The translations under genes were made by a program, and so were the position numbers. A DNA stretch of 64,000 nt from Trichoplax adhaerens (taxonomy: Eukaryota; Animalia; Placozoa), in the NCBI RefSeq assembly GCF_000150275.1, contig NW_002060949.1, positions 4,098,449 to 4,162,448 of the forward strand. The letters run 5' to 3'. Shown one piece after another: positions 42,801-53,549 of this stretch. Each line of letters opens with the position of its first letter. The first letter of the stretch is position 1. Below the pieces are notes generated by a model, which had not been told where the DNA came from, made no database searches, and saw only the letters and a list, made by a program, of their open reading frames with translations.

Positions 42801-45800
42801 TGGAATATTCTATGCAGTACCCGTATTTCAGCTAGTCATGACCTATCAGAGGGTAACACTAGCATAAATATTGACATTACCATTCCGAAGCTAAGAAGGA
42901 CATTAATGCCACCAATATCTATTTTCAGTTTGTAGCTCAACCAGGAAATGACGGACTTTGCTACTATAACTTCTTATGTAGTTATCGTTTAGGCATATTT
43001 ATGTAAGTAAGCGACCATCAACATCGAAAAATTTGCGGTCATATTATTAATACCGATATAATTTCAATTTTAAGAGTTTTTTTCAATATTTAACCTAGGG
43101 CATTCAATAATTTCATAAGCAATATTGGATATGTTTTATTAGGCATATTATTAATAATCGTGACGTTAGCAAAGTACGTACAGTATTCGTATATTATCCT
43201 TAGGCTATCCAGCCATTAAACTTTGCCATTAAAAAAGCAGATATCTGAATCACAGCTGAATATTTTCTTGATAGGAAAGCCATCTTTAATCGAGCTACGA
43301 AACGGTGCAATGACTACGGAATGACATACTATAAGGTACTGAAAAATATCCATCACGAAAAATTGTATTAGCGTAGTCTCTAATTTTTTGTCTTTACTCA
43401 ATATTCGACGCCAGGAGTATGGTGTCCCACAAAGATTTGGAGTCTTCATTGCCATTGGTACAGTAATTTATAAGATTTACTAACTATACCTAACGATAAC
43501 TGAGATCTAACTATCCGCTATATTCCATATCTACCGCCTTATATTAGTACATATCAAGTTTAATTTCTCTATAGGATAAATATGATACTTAGTTCCTTTT
43601 GATGAGATTGATACAGTAGTATTAAAATTAATTCTTTTCGATAGCATCAATCAATCAATCAATCAATGTTATGTTTAGTTCTTTTTGATAGAATCATTAG
43701 CTTTATGCTTTAATTCCTTTGATAGGATATTAAAATTTCATATCCTATTCCTTATAAATAGGTGTTAGTCTCATCATGGAAGGCATTCTTAGTGCATGCT
43801 ATCATATCTGTCCTAATAAAACCAATTTCCAATTTGGTAGGCTCTATATCAATATATTTCAGCATTGCATTAGAGTTAATATCAAGAACTAGATTTTTAT
43901 TACGGTTTATATTGAATTATCCTTGCGTTGCCTTTCCTTTATTGCTGTATCGATGGATACTTCCGATATCTGCATTACTTATATCTTAGTTAAAGTCTAA
44001 AATTTACAATAACTATAACCTATAGATAGTCTTACTTTACCGCAAGATTAAATGTTACTTTCTACACTTATAAGCAATTACTGCTATCTTGATTATAGCT
44101 CAAAATTATGATATGGTATTTGTAATCTATGAATTATCTTACTGTACCTTGATCATGTCTTGACAGATACTTCCTATATGTATATAACGGCTATTTTGAT
44201 CATGGTTCAGATTCATAACGTGCGCCATCCTGATCTTATCGTCAGCGAACACATGATTTTCCTATGCTTTGCCGTAATTATATGCCTCGCGGTCATAGGA
44301 GTTGTACGTTAATGACGAAAATAATAAGTATTAATAGTATAAAAATAAAATTTTATATGCTTCAACAATACTTTCTCGTCACTTACAAATTCAACTGGGC
44401 AAAATGATTAATATTTCGAATACAAGATAGCAATTTGCGAGCCATAGCTGCATTCATTTTAGCGTTTCTAACGTTTTTACCGTGATTTTATATAATATTC
44501 TTATAGCTGTTCAAATCTTTTACACTATGGGTCGTATTTACGGTCATTTATATCGTCACAATTAGTTTCATAAGCGTGCTGGTATATTATTACGGACAAT
44601 GGAGAAAATGTAAGTAGAGCATAATACCTGCTACTGCATATGTCCTAATATCGAACCTAATTTTCTCATCAGACTTGGCCCTTTAATTGATCTGTAATTG
44701 GTTATAGTTTCATGGAAAGGATTTTTCAGTTTTACAAGAAAAGGATGTTTTTCTTCAGTTCGATCTCGTGTAAGTGAATATACTGGTTCTATGCCACCAC
44801 CATACGATTCTAAATAATATTATGATCTTACGCATAGAATAATTAATCGTGAAATGGAAATAATTTGCTTCCTTGTTCTAATTTAGGATCTTCTGGTCTT
44901 TTTACTTCTGGTCAATGCTTTAAACTGGGGACTGTGAGTTCTTTATCAAAATTAGTGCTAAAAATATTTTACCAAAATATTGTAACTTTAATGGCGATTT
45001 TAAGACTTTTATAACTATTTCACGGATGTGCTAATGGCACTACATTTGTAGTTATACCAGTAAAAAAGTAATTTTTATTTAAAATAAAAGAAAATTTGAC
45101 AAAAAAATCCTCTTAACCTACGGGTTTAATGGCAGAACTAATTTGTTATCAATTTGCATACTGTATTAGGGCATTATTTGGTCTGATTAGAGAACCAGAT
45201 AATTTTGGCAGCTTCTTTCTAGCAATTTTCATGTCCAATCTGATGATGTATCTGGCATATTACATTGCAGAAAAGGTAATTATTTCGCTCAAAATTTTAA
45301 AATAAAATTACTAATCAGAAGTTAATAACCATAACTTAACCTTACTAAGGAATTAAAATTAAAACCTTGCATTGAAAGAATTTTAATATTTAAAATTTTT
45401 TAATAGATTTACCATAAGGAAAAAATTCTCTGGTTATCCATCTTATTATCTATTATTGCCACAGTTTTATGGGTATTCTCAATCTACTTTTTCCGTCAAA
45501 ATGTTGCAAAAAGACAGGTAATTTATAAATGATTTTTAAATATTATTAGAAGGAGCAATAAATGCTGCTACAAAATAAACGATGAACTAAGTTATATTTT
45601 TCATCATTAATGCCAATATTAATTTCTTCGTTATTTATTTAAACCAGGCTACACCTGCAAGATCGCGCGAATTAAACCGAGAATGTGCCTTTCTTGACTT
45701 TTATGACTATCATGATATTTGGCACATGCTATCAGCTGGAGCTTTATTCGTCTCCTTTTTGGTAATTATTTGCTGTGATTTTTAGTCCTTTAAAATATTA

Positions 45801-45916
45801 CTTTAGTTATCTTCAGATTTTAAATTAACTCTTTTCCCTTATTCTTCCTATAGCTCCTGTTAAGCTTGGATGATGATTTGGTTACTATACGACGAGATGA
45901 GATAATCGTCTTTTAA
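39894..45916 (+). CDS. sid-1: SID-1/SIDT family transmembrane protein, copy C (25 exons, ~750 aa)
   Basis: Exons: 39894-40091, 40328-40446, 40611-40754, 40898-40940, 41037-41135, 41418-41501, 41660-41780, 41989-42036, 42168-42314, 42481-42524, 42636-42703, 42786-42852, 42929-43002, 43099-43173, 43275-43335, 43415-43457, 43762-43836, 44167-44303, 44507-44609, 44708-44769, 44887-44933, 45170-45275, 45407-45517, 45648-45761, 45854-45916 (2253 nt, open). Motifs [93 protein letters not shown]...EIIVF*. Confidence 0.95.
43561..43761 (+). repeat. Intronic array of short acceptor-like repeats (TTARTTCYTTTGATAG-like) plus (ATCA)5 in intron 16 of SID-1 copy C
   Basis: taatttctctatag, ttagttccttttgatgag, ttaattcttttcgatag, ttagttctttttgatag and ttaattcctttgatag precede the in-frame acceptor at 43761. 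Confidence 0.7.
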
Positions 45917-47726
45917 TAGACAAAATGTCGGTGCAAAGAAAATAGATAACCGCCAGTTAATGGAAGAACAGTTTCCTCTTCATAGCCTAAATTCCTATAT
46001 CGTTACTCTAAATTGAAGTTAGTCCTTCAATGTAGACACATAGCTAATACGCAAGTTTTTACTGATTTTAATGAATCCTTCCGCTAGTTATTAACTTTCT
46101 GAATCAGAAATAGCACAATACATTTTTGACTCAACTTCAATACCTCAATTAAGTCTAAGCTTTGTTAATGTCTCGAATAATTTCACTATCAAGCATGTTT
46201 CTGTTTTTATATTTCTTGAACTTTACAGTTAGAATCTAATTTAAATACTATTTTAGTTTCTACATTTGCCAAGATTTGACTAATCATAGTAGCAAGAAAT
46301 AGCAATTTGTGAACTCAGTGATTTCATTTGAGAACTTAGCTTACTAATTTTTAGCACTGCTTATCGTCAAAAGATAGAATGTGGTTTTAAATAATTTTTA
46401 TGATATTATTAATAACTGTTTCTATCTATTCTTGATTATTTCAACTAAGACAGTAATAAAAGTCTATCTGATCGATGATTTAACCTAGAAAGGAATATTA
46501 AACAAGATTTATTTCTACATTTATTCACTTCACTTAGGGCAGTAAAATAATCTAGTCAATGATTGTACTTATCTCAATACGTACGCCTAGTTATAATACT
46601 ATGCAATAGATCAAGCTAGGAGATTTAGCCATTTCTTGTGATAATTTTAACTTGCTGATTTTCAATCCTAGTTGTATCATAGATAGAACTTAATATAAAG
46701 TTCATTTTAGACGCCTTTATCAGTAGACTTCCATCTATGGTTATTTATTTCAGCAAAGGGAGCATATTAAAACCAATTAATTTTACGTACCTATAATATC
46801 AAACATCATTTATTTTCACTTTATTTATTTTAATAAAGGTAGCAAAAATAATTAATCTGTTCCTTAATTTCATCTGGCTTTCCTATTTGATTTCATAGTA
46901 CTGTACATGAGATTAGTTCACTTATTTTATGGAAAATAAAATATTCTTGCAAAATTGATATTGGTATATTAGTATGTACATCTTGAATATAACATCGTCT
47001 CAGCTGCATATTGAATAGATAGCACATCAAGAAAGATTAGGAAAAAAACAGTTATCAAGGACTAATATCATATCGCTACGCAACGAAATTACGAGGATAA
47101 ATAATAAATAGAATGTTAAAATTTTAAGAAAGAAACGATTTACAAATACTCTGTGTTAATACTATCACTCTTTTAGCAGGAAAACCCTATTTGTAATACA
47201 CCATCAACAAGAGTGTTTATGATACTTTTGTACGTACGTGTATGCTCAAGAAATTAAGGATTGTAATATTATATAACTGATACTGGAAGACATCCATGAA
47301 TACCGTATCGTTTTAGGCAGTCATAGATAGGTATACGGACAAAGATCAAGATGAGCCAGCACTAAAGACTAATAGCGTATAAAAACTGCTAGGAACAAAA
47401 ATGATAAGAGCAAATAAAATGACGAGATCCGCTAAGAAATTGACTGTCACAGCGCTGTAAATCATTTCTAGATGGGAAGGCTTGCTAAGATATATCCCGT
47501 AGATAAGAATATCAATGATACCTTAATACGCTCTAGAATAAGATGAAGGCTGCCAATTATTAGCCAATATAAAGAAACCTGATTACTTGTAAACATTGAT
47601 TTTGTAACCCTAGTTTATTAACCTTATCGTTTTGGGCTCATCCATCACCCTTATTGACTATACGAGTATCATCTTATAGATCAAGTTCCATCAACATGGG
47701 GAAACTTTAACATTTACATATACGAG

Positions 47727-47754
<28 letters not shown>
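47727..47754. repeat. (TA)14 microsatellite
   Basis: Uninterrupted TA run read directly. Confidence 0.95.
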
Positions 47755-47757
<3 letters not shown>

Positions 47758-47892
47758 TAACCTTGTAGCTTGGAAAAATTGATATAGCATATTTTAAAGC
47801 TGCCTAACGACAGAGCTTACAAAAATAAGATAAGAATCATGTATAGCAAATCCAATGGATAGAGAGCATTCTTCGATTCTTTATTGGCTTAC

Positions 47893-48143
47893 TTTATTGA
47901 TCATGCTTTCTATTAGCTCCAGCCAACAAGCAGTATCTTTGGCATTTTTATACATTATCTTTGTTGCATTAACTGCTGATTTGAATATACAATAAGGCAT
48001 CTATAGCAATAATTTAAAAGATTTGAAAGCAATTAATGTAAAATAATGTTAACTAATTGAGGTACGGTATCCACTAAGTTAGCCGTAAAATTTCCTACAT
48101 AAGCGAAGCAGCCCAAAGGTAATCCTATTGAAATATCATCCAT
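47893..48143 (-). pseudogene. Possible decayed multi-exon gene fragment, family unassigned
   Basis: A clean 65-nt GT-AG intron (48001-48065) joins two in-frame segments, ...GLPLGCFAYVGNFTANLVDT and MPYCIFKSAVNATKIMYKNAKDTACWLELIESMINK|gtaagc. Neighbouring exon-like segments contain stops. Confidence 0.25.
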
Positions 48144-48720
48144 AGCCCTCTTTTAGACCTTATTGTATCTTCATTTCTGCTAGTATAGAGAAACGTTATT
48201 ACTTATAAATATCAGTCTTGCAGCTTTAGCTGGTGAATCCAGAACATTATAGGACATCCACTATATTAGCTCCAATTCGCATATGTATAAATGATGCTTA
48301 CGAAAGTATTTGCTTAACATATCACCGCTTCTAGAGCACCATCCCTTAATGTTCACACCAGGTACCAATTTATATGATGGTGGAGAAGTTTTAATACGAC
48401 CTTGTTGACTTTATTGGTGCACTTTAATTGATAAATGTAATGATTGAATGCCATACACTACAATAGTTTAAAATCCTTGCTATGGAAAGATACAAGGTAA
48501 AGCTAAATGATGGAGAGATTGCCATCTATTGTTAAGGTCGTAGATTATATCGCTTCGATCCATTATTTCCATTTCCTACCCAAATGGAGTAACTTCTCAT
48601 ACTTTCATGCGTTAATTCTCCGTAACTTTACTAGAAACTGTAGCCCATAGAAGTAACTTCTTTATCACATTCCTCGCAATCGATGTAGGTGCAACGGATA
48701 CTCCAATAGAAACTTAAGCT

Positions 48721-49222
48721 ACAACATTTCGTAAACCACATTTACTTATTTGTGTCTAAAATAATTACTTAATGAATAGATAAGATTAACAGACTGGCCC
48801 AATTGACTTCTTTGCTAGCATTGACTGATTTTGGTGATAGTGGTTTAAATTGCGATTTCTATTTGCTTAATCTCGGATAACTTTTCCTTCATTGATGTTT
48901 TAATTTAACGTCCGTCCTAAGATGTATGCCAACAATCTATCGGAATGCAACTAGGCTCCAATAAAACTATATCCCGCATCATTTTGTAGACCACATTTAG
49001 CTATTCGTTTCCTAAATAATTGCTTAATGAATGGATAAACCTATAAACCGTCCGATCAACTTGTTTGATAGAATTGACTAATTTTTGGTGATAGTTGTTC
49101 ATCTTTACGATTTCTGTATACTTAATCTCAAATAGCTTTTCATTCATTGATGTATTAATTCAAAATCTGTTCTAAGATGTACGCCAATAATCCATCGGGG
49201 TGCAACTAGCTAATAATAAAAT
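48721..49222 (-). repeat. Two decayed tandem copies (~254 bp period) of the 3' end of the sulfotransferase gene
   Basis: Anchor ATTTTGTAGACCACAT at 49235 (coding), 48981 and, degenerate, 48726. The copies translate as ...FIKQLFRKRIAKCGLQND and ...FIK*LF*TQISKCGLRNV versus the coding FIKQLFWTRVTKCGLQNG, with frameshifts and stops. Confidence 0.85.
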
Positions 49223-50533
49223 TTATTCCATGCCATTTTGTAGACCACATTTTGTTACTCGGGTCCAAAATAATTGCTTGATAAAACGATATAATTTATA
49301 ATCGGCCTGATTGGCTTCTTTAATAGATTTGATTAATCCCGGTGATAGCGGTTCATTTTTTCGATTTTTATTCACTTTATATCTGGAAATTTTTTCATTA
49401 ATTTGCGTAAAAAAGTTAGGCAATATCTTACGAAACAACTGACTGGATAAATCCCATTCTTCCAACAAGCCAATGACTGCATAATTGGTTAAAATATTCC
49501 TCTTAGCTTGACGTAATGCACGTTGATTACCTAGAGCACAATATTTATCATAACCACAAAAAAACCTCGTCATGACATTTAATTCGCAGCCTTGGTGTTG
49601 TTGCTGGAAACAGTCCTGTAAAGATTCATTGAATTGGCCAAGATTTCTCATCTCCTTTAATTTTTCTTTAGGTCTATCACCATACCTTTGGTAATAGTAA
49701 TGGGACAAATAACGATCGAGTGGATCTCTAACCATATTGATATAAGTATAAGATAAATTATAGATAGTTGAGTAATAGAAATGAGCAACATAAGCTAGTC
49801 GTGGATATTGCCAAGGGCGTCGATGTTTGATAGCATATTGAATTTCACTTTTAATGGCTTCATGATTTTTACTACCGAAAATCTCCCACTGCATTGTACT
49901 CCCTATCGATAAAAAAATGAGACAAAAATCATATCAATCTTCAATGAACGCTGTAGTAAAATACTAATACTAATACTAACGGTACTGATTATTTTAAGCT
50001 GTACTATAGAACTTGTATAACTAGAAAACAAAATATAAGAATACGCCATAGCACGAAAAAAGAATATTCATATTCCCCTCAACAAGTAGCTATCTTTTAC
50101 CTACTAGGACTTTATATTGCAACTTGGCCGCACTGCGCTTGATTAACTGAGCTGTTGATGTACTACCTGTTTTATGGATTCGATTATATAGCAAGATTGG
50201 TTTATTTATTGGTTGGCATTTCAACTTGTTCAGGATTTTCCAATCATTACCATTAGCACTGGCACCTACACAAATTAACCAGTGAATAGGCTGCATTAAC
50301 ATTTGACAATCCTCTTAAAACCATGCAATTACTAACGTTCAACTTTACTATTTTTATTATCTATTTAGAGTATTTATACCTTGTTTAGCTAATAGTTTAC
50401 TCACTGGATCGATGGAGTGTTTAAAAAACGAACTCATAGGAAATAGTATATAAGACCAAGAGTAAATTAAACAGAAGATCATCAGTCCAGAGTAAAATAA
50501 AGTTCGTAATTTTAATTTCTTCATCGCTTTCAT
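49223..50533 (-). CDS. Golgi type II uronosyl/heparan sulfate 2-O-sulfotransferase-like protein (HS2ST/UST family), 3 exons, ~332 aa
   Basis: Exons 50533-50380, 50265-50101, 49902-49223 (999 nt, two phase-1 introns). Basic N-terminus and TM anchor (MKAMKKLKLRTLFYSGLMIFCLIYSWSYILF), 5'-PSB LLYNRIHKTGSTS, His-containing YVAHF, 3'-PB INMVRDPLDRYLSHYYYQRYGD, FFCG, ALRQAKRNI, YAVIGLLEE, DYKLYRF. Confidence 0.92.
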
Positions 50534-53500
50534 TTGCAGACAGTAAATAGATTGGACAGCTTAATTTACGTTAATAAAAAATAAGTTTAAGGTTTGATTT
50601 GATGCTACTATTTCCAATAAAATTAAGTTGATAATGGTGCTTCTGTTAGCCAAAAAAGATCGGATAATAACAAGGTAGATCTCCCCAGAGAAATAGAATA
50701 ACAACAACTAATTTTCAACGATAAAGACAGGTCATTCTACACATCTTTCCAACGCTTTATTTGCTCATTCGACCGCGTCTTTGTACTTCTAAAATGATCT
50801 TAATTTCAATCAAATTATTTAAGAATTATAACAATATTCTTGCTGTCAAAGAAATGTCCCCAACACCTTCTATAGGACTAACATTTCATCGCTAGAGCTT
50901 TCACATCTTCACATCGTAGAGTAACGCCCATGAAAAATAAATTTTGATCCATCCAAAGTGCAATTTTTATTTCTCATTATATTGTCATAAAGCCACATAA
51001 TATTAATCGTCAATACGGATAGAGCAATAGTGGTGATGATTACTTGAGGATCAAGCTGGATCAAGCAGACTGTAATCCGGGTTAAACTACAAGATTAAAG
51101 GATATCTGACGTATCATCAACATGTATCTTTTTATTTTTACCTCTCCTATTTTATTCAATCCCAAGGCAAAAGACGCTTACAATGGATAATCTTCTAGCA
51201 CTGTATGGCTCTTACTAAACTACTGTAAAATGTCAGTATGAAATGGCGTTTCATTAATTTATTGCATTATAAGCATAAAAGCTATGAAATAAAAGAATAG
51301 ATTAGCATAAATTAATAATTTATGACCTCTACTGGAATGGTACCACTCCATAGAGCCGACTTGAATGTTTTAGTATCGCAATTTATAGCAGGCTTTTTAC
51401 TCTAATATACGAGAATAAATTGACCCTATCATCCATAACCAATTAGATACTGGGAAAGGATAATTCCAATTCATTCTGGCCTAGCAGGAGGTAGATACTG
51501 TTATTTTAGACTATGAAAAAAAAGACGGTTTCATATCCTTCGAACACAGTAGTCATATCATCCACTCAATACAACCTCATATTGTCCAAGCTTCTAATTT
51601 AATCAGGAAGTAGTTGCTACCTCGTGCATGATTGTCCTCATAAATTAATTTTAATGTTTGTAGCTTACAGCCATTAGGAAAGACTATTGCTATTTTATCA
51701 AATGTTGAGTTTGCAGTTTAGCAACAGTATAATATAAAGTAGACTTAAAAGGATAACCTATTTAAAATATGTAAATGGTGGGATATAATGATTGCCCTGT
51801 TGCAATTAATATACGCTATGTTAGCCCGTACCTATACATCCAGTCTATCGTATGCTTTCTACATTGTATTTGGGATATAAAAATGTCATTCAGCTAGATT
51901 ATGGTATAATATATTGCGTTCTAAAGTATTATTATCCTTTCCTACTAGCACTTGTTTGAATTAGTACATTGATAGATCCATCAGAGCGCGACATAGTATT
52001 GGCGATCTTTTATTACTATTTATAAAAGAGGTAGGAGTATATTAAAAACATTTTTAGTTTAAAGTATACTATCAACTATATTAATGTCACTTTAGCTTCT
52101 GAATTGATTACATAGGGCGACAAAATAGCTTAGAACTTGTTATCTATTGTTGAAAAGGCTCTTGTTTCATAAAAGCTTCTTCAATACGAGTATGGAAGAG
52201 ATAAAAATATTTACAGTCTACTTTTTTCCTAACAGAAATATACCAGTAATTTTTAAAATAGAGATTTAACATAAGCAATTACTAGAAGTCCATCTTTGCC
52301 AGAATTGCAAGTGCAATATTTAAAATAAGAAATATCGGGCTGATACGTGAGAACATGTGATAGAAGAATTTCTCATTGCAATTCTCTTCTAAAACTCTTA
52401 TAACAGAATAATTCATCATGAGTATACAGTAAACGTGCAAGCAAGTATCGGTATATCCAGTAATACTATCAATGAGATTACCATTAATTTCTATAGGTAT
52501 TTCTTATTAGGTAGGCAATATCGAAGAAGGCTTTTAGCTTTTATTAGCTCGCGATGGAAAACTGTTAAAACTTTAAAAATTATCGTTAATCTATCTTTTC
52601 GTCTTTTCGTGCCATGGTGTTACGGTGTTGCCTTGTCATTAGGATAGTTTAATAAGTACAGTAATAGCTAGTATGGAGAATATCCATATTTGCAGTGCTA
52701 GGTAAGATTCAAAATATTTACCGATAGAAAAGCTATGTAAGAAACATCTCAGTTCGAAATGTTTCTCCTAGTAAGGTATATTAATAATACTGTTGTTGTT
52801 TACAAATTAGACGGTTCCTATATAAACGGGAACATTTGAGTTGAGTGGTGTGGTAAAAAGTTGTACATGTATCTTTGCTAATAAAAGTTTCATCTTTACA
52901 GTATTTTGCTATGGGTGTTTAACGTTAAGTAAAAGGGCGTTTAAGTCAGTAACTACTTATAGACTTTTACTGTACGTTACCTTGTCGCATGCTTTATGAA
53001 ACTTATATGAAGTAGAGAATAGCACAGATAGTCAGAATACTGTACATTAATAGCATACGAGAGTAACGACTACCGCATACATATTTACTTCTAAATATCG
53101 GTTACCGTAAACCTATACCCGGTACCCAAAAAAGAAAGTGAATATGCCATACTGTTGTCTTCTGCATCTATCTACTAGTAAGCAATTATTAACGGTGAAG
53201 ATTCGGATTTTAATAGTTAGAGGCTTTATTAGAAAATGAATCATAAAGTATTAATAGAGGTTATGTTATCATTATCTAAAGTATGAGAATGAAAGAAATT
53301 TCACTAATCAGATGAAGCCAAATCTGAGTTTCCGAGAATATACAGTTTAATTACATGAAACCTTAATAAATAAAATTCATGTCATCCTAATTTATAGTCC
53401 AATCTAAATCTATTATATGGCATATTGTGATAAATAGAAGCTTACTTCACTACAAAGGCATCAAAAGGCTATCAATATTAAAAGAGAATCAAACAGAAAC

Positions 53501-53549
53501 TGTTAATTTTTATAACCTTCTTTTCATTCCTTCTAAATCGAAATAATTC

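Noticed and set aside
33151-43455. Minus-strand ORFs 33151-33426 and 43216-43455
   Set aside because: Antisense shadows of SID-1 exons with no independent coding evidence.
21490-44000. Short ORF-track entries in the SID-1 region (21490, 24367, 24534, 30507, 33295, 35657, 36330, 36667, 39894, 42622, 43762) as separate small proteins
   Set aside because: They overlap single exons of the SID-1 genes and run into introns, some partly or wholly in the wrong frame.
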